Assembly (NCBI GenBank): GCA_040767085.1
Contig: JAXGPF010000012.1
Span: forward strand, 64,001 to 128,000
Source of the DNA: Kiritimatiellia bacterium
GTDB lineage: Bacteria > Verrucomicrobiota > Kiritimatiellia > JAAZAB01
Direction of reading: 5' to 3'
DNA: 64,000 nt
Below, piece by piece: positions 49,590-59,212 of the stretch. How positions within the stretch are numbered: position 1 is the first letter of the stretch; every line of letters starts with the position of its first letter. The translations under genes were made by a program, and so were the position numbers. Below the pieces are notes generated by a model. That model did not search any database. It saw only the letters and a list, made by a program, of their open reading frames with translations, and was not told the origin of the DNA.

Positions 49590-50015
49590 TGCTCTCACAA
49601 AGCCGTAAAAAAGATGCGGATAATTACCACGGAACCTTTTTTATCCACAGATTACACAGATTTTCGGCCGCAAAGAAGATGGGAATTGTTTACCACAGAG
49701 ACGGATGAGCCGATGGAGGGATTAGCCACCCGCCTTCGCTCGGATGCTATGGCGGACACAGCCTGCCTTCGCAAAAGCTACGGCGGGCAAGCATAGGCAC
49801 AGAAAAGAGCATAGTTGTAATGGAATTGACTGGGATGCCGCGCTGTCCGCCAGGCGGACAGGGATCGGTTGACACGCTGATACGCGAATCAATTCGGTTA
49901 TCAGCGCGGCAGCCGATCCGTCAGACCGGCAGATGCCGGTCCGGCGCGGCAATTGGCAATAAATCTAATGATTTTGCGTATTTTGTGGCTAAACTTACTC
50001 TGCTTTGTGTTCCCG
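49590..50015. repeat. Second nested palindromic repeat mosaic
   Basis: accacggaa, ccacagattacacagatt, accacagagacggatgagccgatggaggga, tandem ccgccttcgc...gctatggcgg/gctacggcggg hairpins, three further hairpins at 49843-49941, ttagccac...gtggctaa pair. Confidence 0.6.
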
Positions 50016-50470
50016 GCAAAGACGATGCTATTGCCAGAAAACCGGAACTTGAAATTAATGCAATCTCCAATTTTCTTAACGAATATTGATGTTTTCGGGT
50101 GATAAATTATATCTGGGTGACGACAGTGAAAAAATTATTAAAAAATGGTCAGAACGTCCATTGCCAATCCGGCGGAACAAGTATATCATTCGCTTTTTAA
50201 AAATTTGCCAGCGGTGTGATCCACAAGCGACATGGAATTTGCGCATATGCAAAAATTCATCCTGCGTTATGATGCCGGGCGGGTGCGGGTAACCAACCGC
50301 CGAATGGAAATGGTGGCGCAGGGGAAAAATCCCGACCGCGTGCCGATATTTTACAACACTCCGCGCCAGGGGGCGGGTTCATTTACGGCACTTCGCATAG
50401 CGTGATGCCGGGCGCCCGACATGAGAATTATCTGGCCATACTGGAGGTTTTGTCTCCACTGTAAGGTGAT

Positions 50471-52696
50471 ATGTTCAATTCGCGAATTATTTCGGAACGT
50501 CTGCGTGAAGCCAACGGCGATCCCCGGCGGCGGGAACGCCTTGATCCGCATCGCGGGATCGTGTTTGATGAGACGGCGCGGGCCGGCCCGGGAGAAATGG
50601 CGCTGGCCGGCGCATGGCGCGTGGCGTGCCGCAATCTGGATGCGGCCGTGGCGGAGGCGCTGGTTGGGGATTTTACGGATTTTTTGCGCCGTTTGAGGGT
50701 GAGGGCAGCGCCGGATGCCGGGCCGGCGGTGATGTTTCAAATTGACCCCAGTCTGCGCCCGCGCGATTGTTGGTACGAGTGCCGGCCCGATGGCATTGCC
50801 ATCGCCGGCGGCGGCGTGGCGGGAGTATGGGCCGGCCTGGCCTGGGTGGAGTGGGAAATGCGCGTCCGGCACGGGGCCATCCTGCCGTTAGGCCGGTTTG
50901 AACGGCGGGCGTTGTGGGACGAGCAGATCAGCCAGGGACCGTGGGGCGCCAATTTCTCGGTGCCGGATTTTTCCCCGGATTTCCTGGCCGACGACGGCTT
51001 CCGCCTGTTTGCCCATCATGGCGTCAATACCATGATGATTTACGGCGATTTGCTGTTTTACACACAAAGCAGGTTTCTGCCGGAATTGAATTGCCCGGAT
51101 TATGAACACAATCTGGCCATGCTCCAGGATGCGGCGCGGCGCGCCGGCCGTTACGGGGTGGGATTTGCTTACCTGGCGGTGGCCCCCAAACTGCGCGGGG
51201 ATCACCCGGTCTTTCAAAGTCATCCGGATGTCCGGGGCACGAGCTTGCATCACAAGGATGTCTATTGCCTGTGTTCTTCCCATCCGCTGGTGCTGGATTT
51301 TTACGCGGAAACATTGGCCAACCTGGCGCGCGAAGTGTCCGGCTTGCGCGGATTAGTCTTGATTGTGGGCGGAGAGAGCTTTTACCACTGCCGCATGTGG
51401 GTCAATGTCAAACACCCCTGTCCGGTTTGTTATACCCGGACGCCGGAGGAGATGCTGGGCGGCATGATCGGGTCCATTCAAACGGCGGTGGCCCAGGCGC
51501 GGCCTGATGCCTATGTCGCCGTCTGGCAATATAACCCGACCCCCTGCATGCAGGACCAAGGGCTGCAATTGATTCCGCAATTGCCGGCCGGCGCCGTGGT
51601 TATGCACCAGATTGACAAGGGTGCGGTCATGCAGAAGGCCGGCTACCGTAAACGCATCTGGGATTACAGCATTGATTTCAACGGCATCGCGGAATTGACG
51701 CGCAAGTATGCCGATGCGGCACGCCAGTCCCGCCACCCGTTCTTTGTGAAAACCGAAACCGGCATCGGCCTGGAAACCATGCAATTCCCTTACGTGCCCG
51801 CCATGCAGCGCCTGGCGGACAAGTGGCGGAATGTGCGCGCGCTGGCGCCGGCCGGGGTGCATCAGGCCTGGCTGTTTTTCGGCATGTGCGGCACGCGCGC
51901 GGAAATGCTGGGATTCTGGGCTGCCTACCGGCCGGAACAGGCGCCCAAAGCGTTTTTGGCGGACCTGGCGCGGCGGGATTTCGGCGCGCCGGCGGTTGAG
52001 CTGGTCATGCGGGCCTGGGCGGCAATGAGCCGTGCCATGGGGCATCTGCCGGGCATCCCGGCCTATTATATGGGGCCCGGGTTCCTGGGCCCGGCGCATC
52101 CGCTGGTCCCGCAAGCGGGGGCAAAAATTCCAGACGCGTTTTGTGCCAACCTGTATTATTTGATGGAAGGCGACGAATCGCTGTCCGCCCATCAACTGAG
52201 TGCCCGGTCGCGCGTCTGCCTGGTCATGGACCGGCTGGATCGTCGTTTCTACCCCGGGCTGGTCCCGGACGATCCGGCGGCGGATTTCTGGGCAATCATT
52301 GAGAACGAGTATGCGGCGGCCGTGGATGAAAGCCGTCAGGCTTGGGACTGTTTACAAGCGGCGGCCGCCCGGACGCCGCCCTCCATGGCGCGGCGGAATC
52401 TTTTGGCGGAAACGCGATTGGTGGAGTTGGTTTACCGCACCATGCGCGCCTGTCGCAATACAATTGCTTTTTTAAGGCGCCGCGCAGTTTGGGAGCAGGC
52501 CGGCGATCAGGATGAGCGGCAGGCTATGCAACGCATCGCGGCGGATGAGCGGGAAAACGCCCTGGCCGCCATTCCGATTTACCGGGCCGAACCATGGCTG
52601 GACCTGGCGCTGCGCCTGGATGGGGTGTTTTCCCCTTGCGAGACCATGATTCTGGAAAAAGTGCGCTGGTTGGACGAATGGCTGGAAAAATTTTAG
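50471..52696 (+). CDS. Hypothetical protein, possible glycoside hydrolase-like (GH20/GH67-type N-domain + barrel)
   Basis: 741-aa ORF, AAGGTG RBS; DGIAIAGG..AGVWAGL N-domain pattern; no decisive catalytic motif recognised. Confidence 0.5.
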   Translation: MFNSRIISERLREANGDPRRRERLDPHRGIVFDETARAGPGEMALAGAWRVACRNLDAAVAEALVGDFTDFLRRLRVRAAPDAGPAVMFQIDPSLRPRDCWYECRPDGIAIAGGGVAGVWAGLAWVEWEMRVRHGAILPLGRFERRALWDEQISQGPWGANFSVPDFSPDFLADDGFRLFAHHGVNTMMIYGDLLFYTQSRFLPELNCPDYEHNLAMLQDAARRAGRYGVGFAYLAVAPKLRGDHPVFQSHPDVRGTSLHHKDVYCLCSSHPLVLDFYAETLANLAREVSGLRGLVLIVGGESFYHCRMWVNVKHPCPVCYTRTPEEMLGGMIGSIQTAVAQARPDAYVAVWQYNPTPCMQDQGLQLIPQLPAGAVVMHQIDKGAVMQKAGYRKRIWDYSIDFNGIAELTRKYADAARQSRHPFFVKTETGIGLETMQFPYVPAMQRLADKWRNVRALAPAGVHQAWLFFGMCGTRAEMLGFWAAYRPEQAPKAFLADLARRDFGAPAVELVMRAWAAMSRAMGHLPGIPAYYMGPGFLGPAHPLVPQAGAKIPDAFCANLYYLMEGDESLSAHQLSARSRVCLVMDRLDRRFYPGLVPDDPAADFWAIIENEYAAAVDESRQAWDCLQAAAARTPPSMARRNLLAETRLVELVYRTMRACRNTIAFLRRRAVWEQAGDQDERQAMQRIAADERENALAAIPIYRAEPWLDLALRLDGVFSPCETMILEKVRWLDEWLEKF

Positions 52697-52788
52697 CCTT
52701 CAGCGCCGCGGCGTGCAGAGGGCATAACGCTTTACAATCAAACCGACATGAAATATATTTCACCGGCAAATCGAAGGGATTGGCCAAC

Positions 52789-53286
52789 ATGATTTACGGG
52801 CTGGGATTTTTCTTGCTGGCGGCGCTGTTTTGGTGGGGGGCGCGCGTGATACGCGGGCTGAAACGCCTCCGGAAGCAGGCCTTGGGCGCCTGGGAACAAT
52901 TGGCGGCGCAATTGCTGGCGCGGCATGAGGCGACCGCTGCCTGGCTGGCGCAACTGCGCGACAATGATCCTTCCGACCGCTACGCGGTGCAATTGGCGGA
53001 AGTGCGCCAGGCTTTGCACGGCGGCCCGCTGGAGAATGATATTCGTTTGCTGAGCCAGTCGGAAGGGGACTTGAACGCGGCGCTGCAGGCGGCGGCCGCC
53101 CAGTCCGGCTTGTTGCCGCCGGAGGCGCGCGCGCGTCTTGCCGCGTGCAATAACCGCATCCGGCTGGCCGCGGAGTTTTATAACACCCAGGCCTTGATTT
53201 ACAATACCCGCCTGGCAACCATGTCCCTCAAACTGCCTGCCCGTTTCGGGGGGTTCCGCCCGCTGGAAGCTTTCTCATTCGGCTGA
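52789..53286 (+). CDS. LemA family protein
   Basis: N-terminal TM, W.QL..QL..R, NRIRLAAEFYN....YNTR..T...L.ARFGGF. Confidence 0.75.
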   Translation: MIYGLGFFLLAALFWWGARVIRGLKRLRKQALGAWEQLAAQLLARHEATAAWLAQLRDNDPSDRYAVQLAEVRQALHGGPLENDIRLLSQSEGDLNAALQAAAAQSGLLPPEARARLAACNNRIRLAAEFYNTQALIYNTRLATMSLKLPARFGGFRPLEAFSFG

Positions 53287-55347
53287 AGGCGCATCCTGCA
53301 CGTCAGCCACGCTCACTTCCAGATGCGTGATCGTCCAACTCTGGTCGGGCCGCGGCCGGCTGATTTCCAGGCGCAAAGCGTCGGTCCGGATGGCGGTGAC
53401 GGCGATAGCGTGATATGGCGTGTCGCTGTAGATGGGTTGGCCGTTCCGGATGGCAAACTTGTCCAGCGTCGCGGGCAGGTCGGCGGCGACGATCTGCCAG
53501 CCGGAGTCGGTTCGCGCCAGCAAGTTGAACGCGTTTGGCCGATCCCGGTGGAACCGTCCGTAGTGGAGCGTCAAACGGTTGACGGGATAAACGCCGGGCA
53601 ACTCTACCTGGACCCACATGCCGGTTTGCTGGATGGCGCGGGTGGTCCAGCGCGATTGGTGATTGCCGTCGGTGAGTTTGGGCAAATCCGTCTGATTATG
53701 GCTGGCGTCTGTTTTCAGCATCCGGTCCGGCAATAATCGCGCTGGTTTGGACATAGCCGGGGCGGAAAAATCGTAATACACCTTGAAATCGCCCAGGTCG
53801 GTGCGCCGGCTGGCGACGCCCATGATTTGCATATGTTCCTCGAATTTGCTGGGATTGAGAAAACGGGTGCGGTCGGTCAGCACGTAGGCAATGTTGCCGG
53901 ACCGGGCGACCTCGGATTTGTAGGGCAGGGGCCAGCGCGGGAAGCGTTCGTTGTATGGCTGGCTGCAAAGGATTGTTTCGTCGGTAATGAAATTGATACG
54001 GTAGGCTGTCCAGTGCGGGGCGAAACAATGCCGGATGCCCTGGTCCTGGAGGAAGGCGATAGCGGGGCGCAGGTCGGGTGCGGAGACATGCCGCACGGCG
54101 AAATCCGGCGCCTGCCAGGCGCGCATCAGGCGCAGACTGGCGTAGAGGTTGTACCCGACCAGCGCCGCCAGCGCCAGGGCCAGGGCGCCCCGCGCCAGGC
54201 GCGCCGGCCAGGCGCGGCCGGCGGCTAACGCGGCGGCCAGCCCGGCGCCGATCAGCGGAAAACACCAGACGGCCGGCAGGAGATAGCGCGTGCTGCGGGA
54301 ATCGAACCGGGCGCTGCTGACCGCCGCCGCCACGGCTATCAGCGCGATAGCCAGGAAGAGGTCCCAGGGCGCCAGCTCCAGCCGGCGCCGGCGCAGCAGT
54401 CCGGCCAGCAGCCGGCCGGCGCGCAAGAGCAGCAGCCCGGCGCAGATGGCCAGCCACAGGTAAAACGCCGCCGGGTCCAGTTGCGGGATGAAATGCAGCG
54501 GCGTTTCGTCCGGGAAAACATTCGGCTCGATGCCCAGGGCCGAGAGCATGGCCTGGCGGAATGCGCCGCCGGTCAGGCGCTGGCGGATGTCGTCCCAGCC
54601 GGCATGGTCCGCGACGGCCTGGTGCGCCCCCGGGATCAGCCATTTGGCCAGCAGGAATGGCAGCAGCCCTAGCCCCAGCCCCGCCAGCCATGCCGCCAGC
54701 CGGCCCGGCAGCCGCCGCCCGGCGCCCGCCAGCACGGCATAAACGCCGGCGGCCAGGGTCGCCGGCAGGGCCAGCATGCTGGAACTGAAGGCCAGGCCGC
54801 CGGCCAGTCCGCAGGCGCAGGCCCAGCGCCGGCGCCGGCCATGCAAAGCCGCCAGGATGGCCAGCAGGCTGCAGGCCGTCAGGGCGGTGTAGCCGGTGAT
54901 GCGGTAGGCGCTTTGCTGCATCAGCAGGTAGGCGGATGGGAACAGAATCCACAGGGCAAAGCACCAGCCCGCCCGGCGTTCCCGGCGGTCGCCGCCGGCG
55001 TCCGTTGTCCGCAATGCCTGCCGCAGGATCAGCAGCAGCAATACGACATCCAGCAGCCCGAAGAGGAAGGGAATCAGCCGCGCGCCAAATTCCGTCCGGG
55101 GCAGCCAGCGCACAAAAGGGGCAGTCACATAGGATTCCAGCGGGAACCGGTAAGGCTGGGACATGACCAGCAGGTGCGGCCGGCCCGCGGCGATGTGTTT
55201 GGCCATGAGAAATTCGATGGCCTCGTCGGAAATGACGGGCGCATGCTCCACGCTGATCAGGAAGAATGCCAGGCGCAGCGCCAGGGCGCCAAGGGCGAGC
55301 AGTAGGCAAGCGCCGACAAGTGTTTTACGTTTGGAAGGATATCGCAT
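53275..55347 (-). CDS. GT-C fold (ArnT/PMT-like) membrane glycosyltransferase with C-terminal discoidin/F5-8 domain, paralog A
   Basis: SDE acidic loop after TM1, multiple TM segments, RYLLP, DGNHQSRW...WVQVEL...WTITHLEV discoidin pattern. Confidence 0.75.
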   Translation of the reverse strand: MRYPSKRKTLVGACLLLALGALALRLAFFLISVEHAPVISDEAIEFLMAKHIAAGRPHLLVMSQPYRFPLESYVTAPFVRWLPRTEFGARLIPFLFGLLDVVLLLLILRQALRTTDAGGDRRERRAGWCFALWILFPSAYLLMQQSAYRITGYTALTACSLLAILAALHGRRRRWACACGLAGGLAFSSSMLALPATLAAGVYAVLAGAGRRLPGRLAAWLAGLGLGLLPFLLAKWLIPGAHQAVADHAGWDDIRQRLTGGAFRQAMLSALGIEPNVFPDETPLHFIPQLDPAAFYLWLAICAGLLLLRAGRLLAGLLRRRRLELAPWDLFLAIALIAVAAAVSSARFDSRSTRYLLPAVWCFPLIGAGLAAALAAGRAWPARLARGALALALAALVGYNLYASLRLMRAWQAPDFAVRHVSAPDLRPAIAFLQDQGIRHCFAPHWTAYRINFITDETILCSQPYNERFPRWPLPYKSEVARSGNIAYVLTDRTRFLNPSKFEEHMQIMGVASRRTDLGDFKVYYDFSAPAMSKPARLLPDRMLKTDASHNQTDLPKLTDGNHQSRWTTRAIQQTGMWVQVELPGVYPVNRLTLHYGRFHRDRPNAFNLLARTDSGWQIVAADLPATLDKFAIRNGQPIYSDTPYHAIAVTAIRTDALRLEISRPRPDQSWTITHLEVSVADVQDAPSAE

Positions 55348-55404
55348 GACACGGGGTTCAGGATTCGGGATTCACAGGGTCGTAATCGAGCGCCATCTTG
55401 CATC

Positions 55405-55510
55405 GGTAGGGCGCCCAGTCCCTTGGGCGCCAAGGCGGGCAAGGGCCCCAGGCTTTGCCAAGGCTATGCCCGGCGAAGTCCGGCTTTGCCGGACTCAGCC
55501 GGGCAAGCCC
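55405..55510. repeat. GTAG-type REP plus tandem hairpins
   Basis: ggtagggcgcccagtcccttgggcgcc; ccaggctttgccaaggctatgcccgg and gtccggctttgccggac. Confidence 0.45.
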
Positions 55511-55527
55511 TAATAAGATTGTCGAGT

Positions 55528-56442
55528 CTATTTTGTGGTATGTAGGGCGCTACTGACATTATTTTGCTCCCCCAGATATTCCGCCAGGGCTTCCTGCCAT
55601 GACCGGATGGGGTAATCCAATACCGCCTGGATACGGCTCAGTTCAAACCGCGAATTCAATGGCCGCGCCGCCCGCGCGGGGAATTCGCCGGTGCGGCAGG
55701 GCGTCAATGGGTTGGGTAGCTTGCAATGATCCAGGACGAAGCGCGCGACATCAAAGCGCGAGGAGTACCCTGTGTTGGCGAAATGATACAGTCCCGTGCA
55801 TTGCCGTGCCAGCAGTCTGGCAATCGCCCGGCTCATGTCGCGCGTCCAGGTTGGCGCGCCGAACTGGTCGGCGACGATTTTCAAAGGCGCGCCCGCGCGC
55901 GCCCGTTCCAGGATTTTGGCGATGAAATTCGTTCCCTGCCGCCCATAACTCCATTGGACGCGCATGATCAAGTGCGGACAGCCGCTGTGCTGCAGGGCCT
56001 GTTCGCCGGCAAGCTTGGTCCGGCCGTAAACATTGAGAGGCTGGGGGGGATCGTCTTCGCGCCAGGGGCGCGTCCCCTGGCCGTTGAAAACAAAGTCGGT
56101 GGAAATATGCACAACAAAAATGTGCCGTTGACGGGCCGCGGCCGCCAGGCGGCCCACGGCGTTAGCGTTCACCGCTTCGGCGCGCTCCGGCTGGTCCTCG
56201 GCGCCGTCCACGTTCGTGAAGGCGGCGCAATTAACGGCGATATCGGCGCCGTCCAGGGCTTTTTCAAGGTCGGCCGGCCGGGTGATGTCGCATTCCGGCA
56301 AATCCCAGGCATGGACCGTGTAGCCGGCGCCGGCCAGCACGGCCGACAGGTCGGAGCCGAGCATGCCGCGGCCGCCGAGGATGGCGATGGATTGGCCGGG
56401 TTTGCCGTGGGGATGGATTGTTTTGATTTTGGTTGTCGTCAT
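55528..56442 (-). CDS. rfbD: dTDP-4-dehydrorhamnose reductase
   Basis: GGRGMLG, NCAAFTNVD, HISTDFVF, YGRTK, DQFGAPT. Confidence 0.95.
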   Translation of the reverse strand: MTTTKIKTIHPHGKPGQSIAILGGRGMLGSDLSAVLAGAGYTVHAWDLPECDITRPADLEKALDGADIAVNCAAFTNVDGAEDQPERAEAVNANAVGRLAAAARQRHIFVVHISTDFVFNGQGTRPWREDDPPQPLNVYGRTKLAGEQALQHSGCPHLIMRVQWSYGRQGTNFIAKILERARAGAPLKIVADQFGAPTWTRDMSRAIARLLARQCTGLYHFANTGYSSRFDVARFVLDHCKLPNPLTPCRTGEFPARAARPLNSRFELSRIQAVLDYPIRSWQEALAEYLGEQNNVSSALHTTK

Positions 56443-58484
56443 AATTCTGACTCCAAGACGCCGATTTCCAGTTGGGTGATCGTCCAGTTGCGGTCAGGAC
56501 GCGGATCGCTGATCTCCAGGCGCAAGGCGTCGGCCTCGACCGCGGGGCCAATGATGGTTTGGCGCGGCTCGATACCGTACACGGGGTGGCCGTTTTGCAT
56601 GGCGAATTTATCGTAAGCGGCGGGCAGATTGGTGGCGGCGACTTGCCAGCCCGCGGGCGTGCGCGCCAGCAGTTTCAAGCCGCCGGCATGGTCCTGGTGG
56701 TAACGTCCGTAATGCAGGGTCAGACGGTTAACCAGGTGAAATCCCGGCAACTCCACCTGGACCCACATGCCGGTTTGCTGGCCCGCGCGGGTGGTCCAGC
56801 GCGATTGGTAATTGCCGTCGGTGAGCTTGTGGAGGTCGGCCTGGCCGTGGCTGGCGGTGGCCTGGATCAGTTCCGCCGGCAGCCGGCGCGCTTTCCCGTA
56901 AGCGGCGCCATCCTGGAAGGCATGGTAAATCACGCAATCGCCTGCTTCGCTCCGCCGGCAGGCGACATCCATGATCTGGAGATGTTCTTCGAATTTCTGC
57001 GGGGTGAGGAACCGCGTGTGTCCGGTCAGGATATAGGCGACATTAGTGGAGGCATCCACGGTGTCCTTATAAGGCACGGGCCAGTCCGGGAAGCGTTCAT
57101 TGACGGATTGGCTGCAGAGGATTTGTCTGGCGGTGAGAAAATTGATCCGGTATGCCACCCAGTATGCCGCGATGCCATGCCGGATGCCCTGGTCCTGGAG
57201 GAAGGCGATAGCGGGGCGCAGGTCGGGCGTGGAGACATGCCGCACGGCGAAATCCGGCGCCTGCCAGGCGCGCATCAGGCGCAGACTGGCGTAGAGGTTG
57301 TACCCGACCAGCGCCGCCAGCGCCAGGGCCAGGGCGCCCCGCGCCAGGCGCGCCGGCCAGGCGCGGCCGGCGGCTAACGCGGCGGCCAGCCCGGCGCCGA
57401 TCAGCGGAAAACACCAGACGGCCGGCAGGAGATAGCGCGTGCTGCGGGAATCGAACCGGGCGCTGCTGACCGCCGCCGCCACGGCTATCAGCGCGATAGC
57501 CAGGAAGAGGTCCCAGGGCGCCAGCTCCAGCCGGCGCCGGCGCAGCAGTCCGGCCAGCAGCCGGCCGGCGCGCAAGAGCAGCAGCCCGGCGCAGATGGCC
57601 AGCCACAGGTAAAACGCCGCCGGGTCCAGTTGCGGGATGAAATGCAGCGGCGTTTCGTCCGGGAAAACATTCGGCTCGATGCCCAGGGCCGAGAGCATGG
57701 CCTGGCGGAATGCGCCGCCGGTCAGGCGCTGGCGGATTTCGGCCCAGCCGGCATGGTCCGCGACGGCCTGGTGCGCCCCCGGGATCAGCCATTTGGCCAG
57801 CAGGAATGGCAGCAGCCCCAGCCCCAGCCCCGCCAGCCATGCCGCCAGCCGGCCCGGCAGCCGCCGCCCGGCGCCCGCCAGCACGGCATAAACGCCGGCG
57901 GCCAGGGTCACCGGTAGGGCCAGCATGCTGGAACTGAAGGCCAGGCCGCCGGCCAGTCCGCAGGCGCAGGCCCAGCGCCGGCGCCGGCCATGCAAAGCCG
58001 CCAGGATGGCCAGCAGGCTGCAGGCCGTCAGGGCGGTGTAGCCGGTGATGCGGTAGGCGCTTTGCTGCATCAGCAAGTAGGCGGATGGGAACAGAATCCA
58101 CAGGGCAAAGCACCAGCCCGCCCGGCGTTCCCGGCGGTCGCCGCCGGCGTCTGTTGTCCGCAATGCCTGCCGCAGGATCAGCAGCAGCAACACGACATCC
58201 AGCAGCCCGAAGAGGAAGGGAATCAGCCGCGCGCCAAATTCCGTCCGGGGCAGCCAGCGCACAAAAGGGGCGGTAAGATACGAGATGACCGGGAATTGAT
58301 AAGGTTGCGCCAGGAAGAGCAAATGGGGGCGGCCGCCGGCAATATCTTCGGCCATCAGGAACTCGGCTGATTCATCCGAAGTAACGGGAACATGCTGGAT
58401 ACTGATGGAAAAAAAAACCAGCCGCAACGCCAGGGCGGCAACGGCTGGCAGGAGGAAGCCGGCGGCGATGAGCTTTTTATTCAT
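56439..58484 (-). CDS. GT-C fold membrane glycosyltransferase with discoidin domain, paralog B
   Basis: Paralog of 53275-55347; ATGA overlaps with rfbA upstream and rfbD downstream. Confidence 0.75.
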   Translation of the reverse strand: MNKKLIAAGFLLPAVAALALRLVFFSISIQHVPVTSDESAEFLMAEDIAGGRPHLLFLAQPYQFPVISYLTAPFVRWLPRTEFGARLIPFLFGLLDVVLLLLILRQALRTTDAGGDRRERRAGWCFALWILFPSAYLLMQQSAYRITGYTALTACSLLAILAALHGRRRRWACACGLAGGLAFSSSMLALPVTLAAGVYAVLAGAGRRLPGRLAAWLAGLGLGLLPFLLAKWLIPGAHQAVADHAGWAEIRQRLTGGAFRQAMLSALGIEPNVFPDETPLHFIPQLDPAAFYLWLAICAGLLLLRAGRLLAGLLRRRRLELAPWDLFLAIALIAVAAAVSSARFDSRSTRYLLPAVWCFPLIGAGLAAALAAGRAWPARLARGALALALAALVGYNLYASLRLMRAWQAPDFAVRHVSTPDLRPAIAFLQDQGIRHGIAAYWVAYRINFLTARQILCSQSVNERFPDWPVPYKDTVDASTNVAYILTGHTRFLTPQKFEEHLQIMDVACRRSEAGDCVIYHAFQDGAAYGKARRLPAELIQATASHGQADLHKLTDGNYQSRWTTRAGQQTGMWVQVELPGFHLVNRLTLHYGRYHQDHAGGLKLLARTPAGWQVAATNLPAAYDKFAMQNGHPVYGIEPRQTIIGPAVEADALRLEISDPRPDRNWTITQLEIGVLESEL

Positions 58485-59212
58485 GCCTGTTTCGGCGGGT
58501 GCCGGGCCACCAGGTCGTTGACATGCGCCAGCGAAGCAAAGGTGCCGGCATCGCTCCACCATCCCGGCAGCATGTCCAGTTGCATCGAGCCCTGCTGGAC
58601 GTAAGCGTTATTGACATCGGTGATCTCCAACTCGCCGCGCCGGCTGGGCCGGCAGGTGCGGATGATGTCGAAAACCGCCGCATCGTAAAAATATATGCCG
58701 GTGACGGCGATGTTGGATTTGGGGCGGGATGGTTTCTCCTCGATGCCCGCCACGCGTCCGTCCGCCACTTCCGCCACGCCGAACCGTTCGGGGTCGGCGA
58801 CGGTTTTGCCCAGGATGCGCGCGCCGCGCCCCTGTTGGCGGAAAGCCGCGGCGAAAGGCGCGAGCGCATCCTCGAAAATATTATCGCCCAAAATGACCGC
58901 CATCGGATCGCCATGGCAGAAATTTTCGGCCAGGCTTAATGCCTGCGCGATGCCGCCAGCCTCGTCCTGGACCTTGTAGGTGAAATGGCAGCCGAATTCG
59001 CGGCCGGAGCCGAGCAGGCTGACCATATCGCCCATGTGTTCCGTGCCCGTCACCACCAGGACCTCCCCGATCCCCGCGCCGGTGAGTTTTTCGATCGGGT
59101 AGTAGATCATCGGCTTGCGGCCGACGGGCAGCAGGTGTTTGTTGGTCACCTTGGTCAGGGGCATTAAACGCGAGCCGGTGCCGCCGGCCAGAACGATGCC
59201 TTTGAGATTCAT
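58481..59212 (-). CDS. rfbA: Glucose-1-phosphate thymidylyltransferase (short form)
   Basis: GIVLAGGTGSRL.P.T, KHLLPV, LGDN, EEKP, RGELEITD, WSDAGT. Confidence 0.92.
   Translation of the reverse strand: MNLKGIVLAGGTGSRLMPLTKVTNKHLLPVGRKPMIYYPIEKLTGAGIGEVLVVTGTEHMGDMVSLLGSGREFGCHFTYKVQDEAGGIAQALSLAENFCHGDPMAVILGDNIFEDALAPFAAAFRQQGRGARILGKTVADPERFGVAEVADGRVAGIEEKPSRPKSNIAVTGIYFYDAAVFDIIRTCRPSRRGELEITDVNNAYVQQGSMQLDMLPGWWSDAGTFASLAHVNDLVARHPPKQA

Noticed and set aside
49820-50292. Short ORFs in the AT-rich intergenic region
   Set aside because: No RBS or motif support, and composition is atypical.
54028-58271. Paralog repeat as a DGR template/variable repeat
   Set aside because: No reverse transcriptase nearby, the repeat is 1.1 kb, and differences are few and not adenine-specific.
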